Assembly: GCA_040357565.1 (NCBI GenBank)
Contig: JBDODJ010000059.1
Origin: Cercozoa sp. M6MM
Taxonomy: Eukaryota > Protista > Endomyxa: Ascetosporea
Strand: one strand, 5' to 3'
DNA length: 64,000 nucleotides
Notes under the pieces: generated by a model
Told to the model about the DNA's origin: nothing
What the model saw: the letters and a program-made list of their open reading frames with translations, nothing else
Database searches by the model: none
In this document: one piece after another, positions 1 through 11,930 of the stretch
How positions within the stretch are numbered: position 1 is the stretch's first letter
How the letters are laid out: each line of letters opens with the position of its first letter
Translations under genes and position numbers: made by a program

Positions 1-80
1 GGGGGGGGGGGTAAATAGGGGGGTAAACAGGGGGGGTAAGAGGGGGGTAAATAGGGGGGTAAAGACTGACGTGTGTGCAG

Positions 81-370
81 GCTGGGTGCGCAACCTCGCC
101 GGAGATCTCGTCGACTTCAGCAACGTCGAGTTGCTGCTGTTCTGTGCCACGTAGTCTGTCTTACCCCCCCTTTCCCCCCCCTACCCCCCCCCCCCGTAGG
201 CACGTTCTTTGGCAACTTCCGCGTGATCTCGCTGCTGGGCATTCTGGGCACCTTCATCAACTGGCTCTTCATGGGCGTACTCTTCATTTTACAGGGGGGG
301 TAAACAGGGGGGTAAACAGGGGGGTATGTTTGTGAAACTTAGCTGCTGGCCATGGCCGTGCGCGACTTGG
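81..370 (+). CDS. Na+/H+ exchanger internal exons, on the opposite strand and out of order
   Basis: Exon 200-276 reads TFFGNFRVISLLGILGTFINWLFMG (NHE FFxNxxxIxxxAxxGT). Exon 343-370 reads LLAMAVRDL(G). Exon 81-150 reads WVRNLAGDLVDFSNVELLLFCAT (NHE xxCLLFGA before ISATDPV). Confidence 0.75.
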
Positions 371-403
371 GAGGGGGGGCGAGGGGGGGGGTAAAGAACG
401 TAC

Positions 404-1065
404 AGAAGATATCATCGGCGAATCTGAGACTTTCGAGATCCACGTTGGGGAAGCACCTGCGGTCACATGGCATACTTTACCCCCCCTTTTACCCCCCCTT
501 TACCCCCCTACCGCGCAGGAGACTGGCTACACTGTGATGAAGGCGGCAAACAGCAGACCGACCGCGATCGCGACCGACGAGAAACTGCGCAAAATACGAG
601 AAAATACCAACAACAACAACAACAACAAAACAAGAAAAACAACAAACTACAAGAAAAACAACAAACTACAAGAAAAAACAACAAACTACAAGAAAAAACT
701 ACAAGAAAAAAAAACAAAAACAACAAAAAACAACAAAAAAAAAAACAACAAACTACAAGAAAAACAACAACTACCAGAAAAAAACAACAATAAGAACAAA
801 CAACAAACTACAACAAGAAAAACAACAAAAACAACGACAAAACAACGAGAAGAGAAACGCAGACGAGAAACGCACTGAACAACGGAAATTCGGAACGAGT
901 CGACGGTGGCGGCCGAGATCACCGACAACAGCAGAAAGCCGAACACAAAGAACAGCACCAGCTCCTTCAAACACACACACACACATAGAGGTACAGAGGG
1001 GGGTAAAAGGGGGGGGGGGGGGGGGGTAAAGCCCCTGAAAGCTGGTGTACTGCTGTCTCGACCAT
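404..1065 (-). CDS. Na+/H+ exchanger (CPA1/NHE-NHX family), N-terminal exons 1-4
   Basis: GT-AG splicing of 1065-1051, 964-876, 584-531 and 456-404 gives in-frame MVETAELVLFFVFGFLLLSVISAATVDSFRISVVHFSSVAIAVGLLFAAFITVCFPNVDLESLRFADDIF. This matches the NHE pattern (H/P)ESSVAIxxG...F.xxLFF that precedes LLPPIIF. Confidence 0.8.
590..870. repeat. Intronic (TTG)n-like low-complexity tract in an NHE intron
   Basis: A/C-rich AAC/AAACTACAAG repeats on + strand, between exons 876 and 584. Confidence 0.9.
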
Positions 1066-1507
1066 GCTGTGTTCGGGACTCAGGTGACACTGTCCCTGTC
1101 GCGCACTATCACTTCGTCAAACACTTTTCGCAGATGCACACACACGTTGGCACCCGTGTATACACTCTAGTAGTCTCGAAAAGCGAGGAAGAGTGCGAAA
1201 ACTAGAAGTGACCATGAAGACAAATCGATTGATCTCCTTGCCCAAACCTGTTGGCTGCGTCAGTTGCGATTGACTGGCTGACTGAAACAAAATGACGCTG
1301 TGTTTCTGTTAAAGAACGACTACGACTACAATTGTACTCTCGATGCTACGAGTGCTGCTTCAGCTGTCGACAACCGAACGACTCGTAATTATGTTCGAAC
1401 ATCGATCAATCAACTGGGACGATCAAAAAAGCGAATGCCGGCCGTGGTCGCTCCAAAAGACCGAGGAACGCTGCCGCAGCGCTACGCCGAACTCGCTGGC
1501 GGCGGGG

Positions 1508-3908
1508 TCACTGCAGTTTGCACTGTACCGATAGAACACACTTGTTTGGACAAAAACGCACTTGGCAAGCCAGTCGACCGGAATTCGCATGCAGAGCGGA
1601 CGTCCTGAGGTCGAGGTGCCGCCCAGCTTGCGCGAGTGTAAACGCTCCTGGTAGCGCCGGCGGCGACTCACGTGCACTAGAGCTTGCACTTGCTGCTGAT
1701 TGGCCTGTCCACGCGGAGGTTGGAGATACCAAAAAAGACATTTGAGCAAATTTATCGATCGGGCAAAGAACCTCAGCTGTGTCGGCAGAGAGAGCGATTC
1801 GCGCCAGACGTGAGCGCCAGGAGAGTGCTCGTCGCCGCATTTCGCGAGTTTCGGCATCGCTGGCACATTGTGGCAGCAACTGTCGGATCGGGTAGCTCAG
1901 CTGCATTAAAAGGTCACGAGGGCTCGTCTAAAAGGTTAAAACTGTCACGGAAGAAGAGAGAAGGGTACAACATAAACAGGCGCCCACAGGAGCACCTGGA
2001 ACACGCGTCGCAAAGCAGCAGTGTGGATAATCACGAGCACCCACAGTAAGACAGCGATCACGGTGGCTACAGTAGTCCACACCGTGAACCAGTCGGGCAC
2101 ACGGCCACGCCGCTCGATGACGCCGCTCTCGGCAAAGCTGAGGAAGATGGCAGCACGCACCAGGAACAGCACGGCACTGATGAGTCGCACAAAGTGCGCG
2201 CCTGCATCGGCGCAGAACCTCTGGGATGGGGAGGGAGTAAGGTGAGGGAGGGTGAAAGAGCAGAAGGACGAACCAGCAGCAGCACGGACAGGAGGATATC
2301 GACAGTGATGCAGATGTCGCGCGCGCTGTCGGTTTCGTCGATCAGCGGCAGCGTCATCATCGACAGCACGAGCCATGACTCGATCGCGATCACAGCGCAC
2401 AGGCGGCATGACGGCCCGAACGACTGCGACGACATGCACCTATCCATACTTGAGCATGTCGACTCGTTTTTTATCACAGTGGATACAGCATCCTATCAGA
2501 ACCAAACCGAGAAGTGAAAGACACCTTGTCCAGTAGGCCACGCTGCGGAAGAAACGCTCCACTCGCGTCGGCTCGGCTGCCGGCAGCGGCTGCAGTCGCA
2601 CGCGCAGCTTGGCCTTGCACACCGTGCAGCGCAGTCGCCGGTCGCCTCGGCGCATCTGCATCTGCAGTTCGGCTGTTCAGTTGTTCAGTTTACACAAACG
2701 ATCAGATCAGTCCAAGTGTTCAGTTTCAGGTCAGTTGAGAACAAAAATCAATCTTAGTGCTCTGGTGGGTATGCTAGTGTATCTAAGGAAACCAGTGAGT
2801 AAATAAAAGGCGAAAAAGGGGACTCACACTGCAAGCACGAGCGGCAGATGAAACTGAAGCACTGGCAGGCCGAGACATTTGAGTTTGTGGGGAACTCTTC
2901 CATACAGAAGCGACAGGTCTCTTGCTTTTTCGTCTCAGTGCTCGAGTTGCTTTCTTCTGTAGCTAAAGAGCTTGCAGCTTTCTTCTGGGGACTGCTCGTT
3001 TTGCTTTTTTCGAGTGCTTGCTCGCCCTGCAACAGGTTGTTCGGAGCGTCGTTGTCGGTGAAGACGTTGGGCTCGATGTTGTTGCAGGTGTTGCTTTCGG
3101 TGCTCGAGAAGCGAAACTGAAACACGGGCGAACGGCGCGGCGACGTCGATTGAGCCACGCGACGTCGCACAATGTTGCGACGCGCTACTTCTCCCAGCAG
3201 CAGCGGGTCCACTGAGCAGCACGAGCCTCGTCGCACTCTAGACAACGACACTTCAGCATAAGTTACGTTAGTATTTGGCATAGTACTAAATACTACAAAT
3301 AATCATAGCTGCACTAATTACAGGGCATCCATCTCTGCCTGCACGACAACGGGTGTGATTGGCGTGAAAGCGACCTCGTGAATGGCCGCATCGCGAGCAG
3401 TGTCTGGGCTTGCAGTGTCCACACCCTCTTGATCCTCGTCCAGCACGGCCACGACCTCGCTTGTCGACACGAAGGGCGCTGTGGCCGTCTGAGTCGCCGT
3501 GACTGACAGAGTAGCCACATTGGATCGCGGACCAAGCTCCTGCAACGTCGCCGTTCGCGCACGCCGCGGCGACAGCACGGCCAAAAGCGGCGACACTGTG
3601 CGTGTGCGTCTCAGGCGACCCACAGTGGCATTCTCGCTCGCGATCGTCGTTTGCGTGTTTTCAGTATTTGCCTGGGAAGCCAAACATACGGAAGTAGACC
3701 GATTTGTCTCACTGCAATCAACACCGGCACTCAAACCCACCCGAATTTCACGCAACGGTGCAGCTGCTGCTCGTTGTGCGGCTCGACTGAAGCTCGAGGC
3801 GCCCTCACTCGTGTCTGAAATTGAGTCAGTGGAGCCGCTTGAAAAAGACTCAATTTCGATGTGCAGGTGATTGTGAGCTCGATGCGGAGCGTCCGTAGCT
3901 TGCAACAT
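1508..3908 (-). CDS. RING-variant (MARCH/RINGv-like) membrane E3 ubiquitin ligase, multi-exon; ends approximate
   Basis: Ser-rich N-terminus. CRFCMEEFPTNSNVSACQCFSFICRSCLQ is spliced to ELQMQMRRGDRRLRCTVCK, followed by several hydrophobic TM segments (2480-1960). Confidence 0.65.
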
Positions 3909-4602
3909 TGACGCAACTCAGTCACAGTTGATGCAAGCTAAAGTAAAATGGAACTGCTTTACTTAAGCAGTCTCATGTTCGCACTTGTGCTCGCGATCGG
4001 ATCGACGGCCCTGCGCGAGAAACGCGTCGGGTTTTGCCCAACAGAGTAAATTACCAAAACAGTTGAGTCTTCCAAGCGGCCAAGCTCCAGCACTACTACA
4101 CTATTAGTATTGAGAAGCTGGACTGAACTAAAGCCTTACTGTAGGACAATTACGGTTCACTGAATGAATTTTCTGCTTTAGTATTGTCAGTTTACTGAAT
4201 GAATCTTATGCTTGGCTACTGTCGGTAAGACAGCGAGCCAAAGATTCTGAAAGGTTCCTGTTCTAAATGCACCACGCTCTAAGCTGCTGGGTTGGCCTCG
4301 GTAAAGAGCCGGAGTGCCGTACAAACAGGAACAAAAACCATGGTGATCCGTGTGGTGGCTACAGAATTTCCAGCTAATCCTCATTCAGCGTGTTTGGTTC
4401 GTTTTGGCACCTCCTAGCGTGTTCTGGCACTATGAAGGTACCCAATGTGCAATTGAATGCGTGATGCGCCGCGGAGGTGCAGCATGTGTTTTGTGATCAG
4501 AGTACCGCTGTGCGGTCGCACGGCTCGGATTGTCAGAAGCGTGTGCGTCGCGAGGTGCCTCCTTTAGCATCTAGATTGGGTTGGAGTTGACCTGTACCTT
4601 GC

Positions 4603-7600
4603 GTGTGTGACACACAGAGGCAGTGCCGCGAGCAGGAGTTGCTGCAGATCGTGCAGGAGGTGTCCTACCTGCAGACATCGCCGTCGCTGGCACCTGTGTC
4701 TCCCGTCTGCAGCGACAGCGACAACGATGGCGACAGCGACGAAGAACTGACGCTGCTGGACTGCGCTTTCGACCAAACGAGCGACGTCGTTGTGCGCAGC
4801 AACAAAAAGACCAAGAAGCGACCCACCAAGAACAAGCTCGATCTCGCTGCCTTCTTCGTGGCTGAGGAGGTTTATTTTCGTTTGTTTGGCTTTTTGAAAT
4901 ACAAAAAACACTTAAACTCTGTGCAGGAGCAAGGACTCCACAGTGAGGCAGAAGAAACGCCGCAAGAAACGCCGCAAGAAACGCCAGTCGTGCCCACGAC
5001 AGCAGAGAACGAACGGCCCGGGTCGGATCACGGTATCATTGCCCTGAGTGACGATGACGGTTCCACTGATCTCCCAGTGGTGATCGATCACACTGACGGT
5101 GACGGTGACGTTGTTGACGGTGACGTTGACGGTGACTTGGATGACCGCAAGTACAACAGCGACGAGGACAGCGAGTACGACGAGTCGGACGACTCGGACT
5201 ACTCGGCGTATCGCATCCTTAATATCACGCACCTTATTGTCGCACCCTTAATGTCGCACCCTTAATGTCGCACCCTTATCCGTGTCCTCCTTTTCTATTA
5301 AGGCTGCGTTTGTGTGCAGCAGTGACAACGACTTGGAGCGCCGTCTGCAGCAGGCGTGGCACACCACTGTCAAGGACTTCCTCAAGTTAGTTTTACCCCC
5401 CCCCCCTTTACCCCACTTTTACCCCCCTTTACCCCCCTTGCCCCCACAGTAAGTCGACGCTGCTGCGTATGGTGCTGCGTTTCCTGCCGAATTCGGAGGT
5501 GGCACGAAACTGCGCGTCCGTGTCGCGTCACTTTTTGCGTACGACAGTTCCTTAAGTATTGTTAAGGGGACCTGTTAAGGGGGCTTTTAAAGGGGGCTTT
5601 TAAAGGGGCTGTTAAGGGGGCTGTTAAGGGGGCTGTTAAGGGAGGCTGAAATCGCTCCCTTAACGAATTTGCAGACGAGTCGATGTGCGCACTGCGGCAC
5701 GTGCTGCCGCGTCCGGCCTCGACGCGGGCGAAGGGCGGTGCCGAGGCGCTGTTGCGCACGTGGCGGCACTCGCTACTGGCCGCCAACGCCGCCACGGACA
5801 TCCTGGTGAAACGCTCGGGTCAGTCGGGAGCGCCGGTCTACGTGTTCCCTATGCGCGCGGCTCTCGATCTCAATGACAACTTCTGCGTCGACTCGGACGG
5901 CAACGTCTTCCTGCCTGGCGAGTGTGGTACCCTCTTTACCCTCGTCCCCACCCTCCCCTTTGACCCTCCCCTTTGACCCTCCCCGTTGACCCTCGCTTTG
6001 ACCCTCCCTTTGACCCCTTCCCCCAGACACAAAGACACTTGAGTCGCTGACGGGAGTCGACCTGTCGCACTCGGATGTATGTGCTGACTTGGCCCGGGTT
6101 GTATCTGCACTGCTGGTTCACACTTGACACGCAGGTCAAGTCGATCTCGGTGGACCCGCGTCCGCGCGGAGGACGCAATCAGGCGCTGCTGTCGTTCGTG
6201 AACGGCTGCCTGCTGCTGGTGTCGTGGCCCACGCAGGTCGACTCGGAGCGCTACCGGCACTTCCTCAAGCAGTGCAAGCAGCAGCCAGCAGACACGCGCG
6301 AGGACGTGGCGCGTCTGTTCGCGCGCTCTGGCATTCCGCGCGTACGTCGTTTTGTTGTTTTTTTTTGCATTTTGCTGTTTTTTTTTTTGCGTTTTGTTGT
6401 TTTTGCGTTTTGTTGTTGTTGTTTTTAGATGTTGTTGTTGTTTGTTGTTGTTGTTTTTTGTTGTTGTTGTTGTTGTTTTTTGTTGTTGTTTGTTGTTGTT
6501 GTTGTTTGTTGTTGTTGTTTGTTGTTGTTGTTGTTTTTTGTTGTTGTTGTTGTTGTTTGTTGTTGTTTTTTGTTGTTTGTTGTTGTTGTTGTTGTTGTTT
6601 GTTGTTGTTGTTGTTGTTTTTTGTTGTTATTGTATGTGCGTTTCGGGCAGGTCACGCTGGAGAAGTGCTACACGCGGATGAAGCTGCAGCTGGCGATCTC
6701 AACGCCGGAGATTCAGGTCGACTGGCAGCGTCGCGTCGTTGGCATTCGCTACCAGTACTCTCCCTGTCTACCTACTACCTCACTGCCTCTACTGTCTACT
6801 ACCTACCTCTACTGTCTACTACCTGCCCCCTACTGTCTACTACCTGCCTCCACTTGTCTCCCTACTGCGAGAGTACCTGGACCGACTGTGCAGGAACTCG
6901 TACTCGGTGGTGCTGCTCGACCTGGACGACGTGTCGCGCCGGGCCGTGCTGGAGGCCACGTGCGTGGACGGTGCCATCACCCGCGTGTGGCTCACGTCGC
7001 GCGCGCGGCGACCGAGCGATCGCTGCACGTGGGACGGTGTCAGAGTCCACGTGGCCACTGACGACTCGGTGACCACCTTCACTTGCGATCAAACCGTCCG
7101 CGAAACCGTCAAAGAAACCGTCAAAGAAACCGTCAGTGAAACCGTCAGTGAAACCGTCAGTGATGATGACGGTGACGATGACGATAAGACGGTTCGTTTC
7201 GCTGCGGCCTTCACGACGCGCAAGAAGGGCCGCCTGTGGGTATGTTCCTCTTTTACCCCCTTACCCCCTTTACCCCCCTTACCCCCTTTACCCCCCCTTA
7301 CCCCTTTTACCCCCCCCCCCCCAGACTCACAACGACTATTTTGCCGTGCACGTGACGGCTTCCAAGTTCCCGTGTCGGTATTTTGTTGTATTTTGGGTTT
7401 TTTGTATTTTGGGTCACGAAAATACCGACAATTGCCATTCATTCGGTCAGACGACCACGCGTACACGGTCTGTTCGACAGCGACAGCGACGACGACGACC
7501 CCGAGAATGGGTACTACTTTGTTTTGTTTGACTGTTGGTGTTTTACGATACAACAATTGCAGTTCGGACGTGGAGGACCAGTTCGCGAGCGATGACGAGT

Positions 7601-10600
7601 GTGCACTGCAGCAGCGTGCTTTCTCACTTCAATGCGGTAGGCCTGAGATCTAAGTTTGGCTTTTTGGAACAGTGTGATTTTTGCTTTGTTTTTGGTTTGT
7701 TTAAGTCGTTTCTGCACAAATAGGGAACAAAGCGAAACCAGGCGAGACGGTGCCGCCTCAATACGGCACGCTGACGATTCGGGTCTGCTAAACCTTGTTT
7801 CAGACACTGGGGACTCTTTCTGGAGCGAAGCTTTTTCTTTCTGCAGTCGCTGACCCGACGAAGCGTGCGAGCGAGTTTGGAGCTGCGCGTGCCGTTGTGT
7901 TCAGCACTTGAGAACCTGTATGTGTCTCTGGGCGACCACACGACCGCCCAGAACGAGTCCGAGACAAGCACGATCGTGCTTCAGGTCGGATCACGTCGTG
8001 TGAGAAATGTTGCCTTTCATGAACTCGGACGAGGCCGTTTCTTTGTGTGTTGCTGAATACCAGAAATTAAACTTGGGCGAGTTTCGCTGGATTGGCTCTT
8101 TGGGCAGGTGTGTAAAGTGCGTCGGCACAAACAACGACTCCACGTGCATGGCTCGGCTGCACTCTTGCCGGTTCGTTTGAGCCAAGTTTGAATCACTTTT
8201 TTTTTGGAAACTTCTTGCTCAGTTTTTTTTTTTTTTTTGTACTTTGTTTTTAATGTGTTGCAGAGGAAGTCGCAAAGCGGTAGTCGCGTAGAAGTGCGCA
8301 ATGTTGACGTTGGCGCAGTTCGGCCAGGGTTGTGCGTGCTCAAAAGTGTATCCTGCCTGTATTGATGTGTTTGTACAGTGTGCGACTTGATGTGTCTGTG
8401 TGTTGGTTAGAGTGGCCTGCGATACCCACGAATGGTTCGCGCATTGTTCCAAGATACCTACAGGTACAGTTGGATTAGTTCAGCCGACGTGTTGCTTTAT
8501 TTGTCTGTCTGCAGAAACGGCAAACTGCTTTCTCGTCGCATGCTGGTGTGTTACTCCCGAATTGTGTGTTTGTTTGTTCTTGTCTGAACTCATGGCAAGC
8601 ACTGCAGAAGCCAGGTAAGGGCGACGTGATTTGCACCTTCCTGCCGCACACGCGTAAAACTGAGCTCTGGCTTTTGTGTAGTCGAGTTCTGTCAGTACAC
8701 TGTATGTTTCACAGTGATGAACAAGTCGCGCGGCGGCATCGTGGAGAACTGCAGCGGCACTCGCTCGGACTTCTTGCTGTACCGTCTTTTTCTTTCCTTT
8801 TTTCTCGTTGGTTCTTTGGTTCTTTTTTTTCTGCTCTTTCTTAGTGCCTTCGTTTTGTTTTTCTTTCTTTAGTTTCTTTGGACCTTTTCTCTAGTTTCCT
8901 TTCTTTCGTTTCTTTGTTCTTTTCTTTGTTCTTTCTTGGGCTGATTTGCTTGTTGTGAGTTTATTTCTTGGGCCGACTTGCTTGTTGTCCCTAACTGGGA
9001 TTGCTTCTGCAGCACGACTATGGTGTCGCCGAATTCGACGACCTACCTGGCGCCACTCGTCAAGTTCGGCGCTGTCGATGCCATGTGCGAACGGTAGCTC
9101 TTTTGCCCTTCAAGTGTAATGACCAATGACTGTGTTCTGGCAGCATGAAGGAAGCTCAGGACCGCGCGGACTACAGTCATCTGCACCGTCGATCACCCTT
9201 GTATGTTTCGGCAGTCTCCCTTTGTGAATAGTATTTTTGAAAGACCCTTCCGGTGCAAAGACAAGCGGCTGGTCGTTTCGCCTTGTCGCGCAGACAGCGC
9301 GATCACGTACGGACTCGCTACTTCACTTCTCAGGTGCGTTGCTTTGCCTTTGCGAGGAGCACAAGCGCACGGGCATGTGTGTTTCTGGAACAGTGCAAAC
9401 CGACTCTGAGTGCGCAAGGCTTGCAAACACTGCATCAGAATCTACGTCGTGACCTCTCGCTTATCGAGTCGGTACTGTCATTTTAATTCGCTTATTTATC
9501 TCACGTTTGGAGTGTATTGCGGCTACCACAGAGACTCCGCGTGGACAAGGTTGACGATGACCGTCATCTGGTCAATTATTCAACGTACTCTCTCTCTCTC
9601 TCTCTCTCTCTATCTCTATCTCTCTCTCTCTTTTTTTATTCTAAGTATCCATGAACAGTCTCGGTGTTGGCGCATCGTGCCTTGCGGCTGCTGGACGCAC
9701 TTTGGCCTGTAGCCTTTCATTTTTGTATTGTCTCGTGTGTGTGTTATCTGAGATAACCACTTTGCTGGGGCCTGCAGTGGGCGCACCACGCGTTGTCTAC
9801 TTCCTTGATGTGTAACTTATGCCATTTAATTTATGTCCAGAGGAAGTGAAGTGTAAAACCAAAAGTGTGTCTTGCAGTTGCGACACTGAGATTCACCACG
9901 TGCGAACTTCGAAATCACTGGCCGCGTTTTTGTCGGAAATCGCCCGCATGCGTCGGTACCGAAGCTTAACTTGAGAATGTTCTTCGGATTTCTCTTTGTG
10001 TAGCGAGCGAGGCGACACGCCGCAACGAGAAGAGCGACTGCGTTTGATGCGAGCAAATCAGGAACGGTACGTTTTGCCTTCTTTTGCCGTATTTGCTGAC
10101 ACAATCCACCCTTTTTGAAGCCTGCGAAACAATCGAAAGACAAACTCCTCAATGTACCACTTCTTTTAGACTTGTTCTCTTGCAAAATATACTGAACTTG
10201 TTTTGGGCAGTTTGGACGATGAGGATGAGTCTTGTTCGCAATCCGCACGCGACGAGCGGCTTCGGTACAGAAAAACCAAGCTGCGCTGTTTGCTGCTTCT
10301 ACCTTTTGAGGGACAGACGAAGTGTGTTAAAGCCGCTCTTCACGCTGCGATTGCTGCAAAAGGTGCGTTTCAACTTTGTGGTTGCTTAATTCTTTTGTAT
10401 TTCGGCCGGTTCGAGCAGAAACTGTTCGAGGCCAAGGGCCATTTGCAGATCACTCGCGTGCGCGATCGGGTAGACTCGAGCAGCTTCGAACTCTTTTGTG
10501 TTATCCTCTCCTTCCTAGATCCGCGCTGACTGCCGAAACGCGTTGATGGACGCCATCTTGGAGGAGGTGCCCTTTTGTCTCTTTGGTTAAAGCAGTCTTT

Positions 10601-11221
10601 GACAGCTCTGTCACCTGTGTGGCGCCACACAGAAGCAGAAGGAGAGCACGCTGGTGACGTACTCGCGCTACTCGTTTTGGTCGCAAGCGGTATCTCTGAT
10701 ATGTGTGCTTTCTGTTTACACTGTGATTGTCTTGCGAGACACAGGACAAACTGAACGTGTCCGTGAGCGAAGTCAACGAACTCATCGAGCGTGCGCAGCA
10801 ACAAGGTTTCGTGCGTGTGCTCGGCGACAAGGCTTCGGCACTTTTGGTAGCCTATCTTATCCATACGCTCTCGATCTGTTCAACGAATTCTTCTCTTCCT
10901 CCAGATGGTGACGGGTCCCTGGCTCGAGCAACTGCAACAGTACCGCGCCGATCAGTCCGTGCTGGATGGTACGCCAGAAGGTAGATCTCCCTTCTTGCTT
11001 TTTGTTTACTTGCTCTTTTGAGGCGGTGTGCAAAACAAACATTATGTTTCGCCTTTCTGTCATTTTGCAGTCAAGAAAAAGACAAAGAAGCAGCGACGCG
11101 AGGCGGGACGCTCCAAGAAGACATCGCGCAAGATCCACCGTCCGTAGACAGGAGTCAGTTCGGCTCGGCGGGTGGAGCGTCTTCCATTTGCGGTCGCGTC
11201 GTGATCGAACTCTTCCAGTAA
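4603..11221 (+). CDS. Large multi-exon protein with acidic N-terminus and F-box-like motif; start uncertain, may be more than one gene
   Basis: Spliced exons 5320-5538 give KDFLNKSTLLRMVLRFLPNSEVARNCASVSRHFL, which fits the F-box pattern LxxIFxFLxxxxLxxxxxVCRxW. GC-rich exons bounded by GT-AG continue to IELFQ* (TAA 11219-11221). Confidence 0.5.
6345..6635. repeat. Intronic (TTG)n microsatellite
   Basis: Direct inspection; bounded by GTAC and GGCAG. Confidence 0.9.
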
Positions 11222-11231
11222 AAGACTAAAG

Positions 11232-11583
11232 GGGAATCCTCTGTATCGTCGGGTAAAATGGTGAGCCCGTAAACCCGAGCCAACAAGCAGGCATAATGTT
11301 GATCAGTATAGCAAGATAGCACGTTTCACTGACCCCCAGTATGTGCTCTATAAATACACTAGCCGTGTGCGGAGCATCATTAGCGATCGGGGCGCGTCGA
11401 GTGAAAATCGGGCAAATTGGTTGAAAAAAACATGAGAATTTGACAAATTAGCGTCCAGTAGTTCAGCGATGCCTAGACAACCACTACACGTGTCCAGGCT
11501 CCACTAAAGGTAAAAATAGCTTGCTTCGCGACAGGTTTTTTTATGGGCTCACTCTTTTTACCCGACGATAGGGGAGGATTCCC
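11232..11583. mobile_element. Mutator (MULE)-type MITE, 352 bp
   Basis: About 42 bp imperfect TIRs: GGGAATCCTCtgTATCGTCGGGTAAAAtgGTGAGCCCgTAAA at 11232 and its reverse complement ending at 11583. The 9-bp TSD is AGACTAAAG (11223-11231) / AGGCTAAAG (11584-11592), one mismatch. No ORF. Confidence 0.85.
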
Positions 11584-11930
11584 AGGCTAAAGAAACAAAG
11601 GAATTGACATTGAGTGTTGAGTCATTAGACAGAGTCAAGGGGTTTCTTTTGTCTTAGCTGCTCAAAGCCCGACTCGTTGTTCTGGGAAGGCAGCAACGGG
11701 GGTTCCGTGCGAGTGCAAGGACTGGAACTGGGGAGGTGCTTTATCTAGTTAGTAGAGAACCTTGTCTCAAAGGAGCAATCTACTGTATGCTCTTTCAAGT
11801 TCAGTCTACCAAGCACAAGATACGGAGGATAGCTACACTTAGGGTCCGAGTGGGTGACTTTCTCCCACGCGGAGCACCACGACTCAGACCGACCCGACTG
11901 ATAGGGTGGAGAGTAACGTTTCGTAACATA

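Noticed and set aside
404-590. Plus-strand reading DIIGESETFEIHVG / ETGYTVM as NHE exons
   Set aside because: The minus-strand reading gives exact in-frame GT-AG splicing with better NHE similarity.
467-986. K/N/Q/T-rich and V/C/L-rich ORFs (also at 6352-7061, 30070-30739, 46253-46932, 48432-49471)
   Set aside because: They are translations of intronic microsatellites, not proteins.
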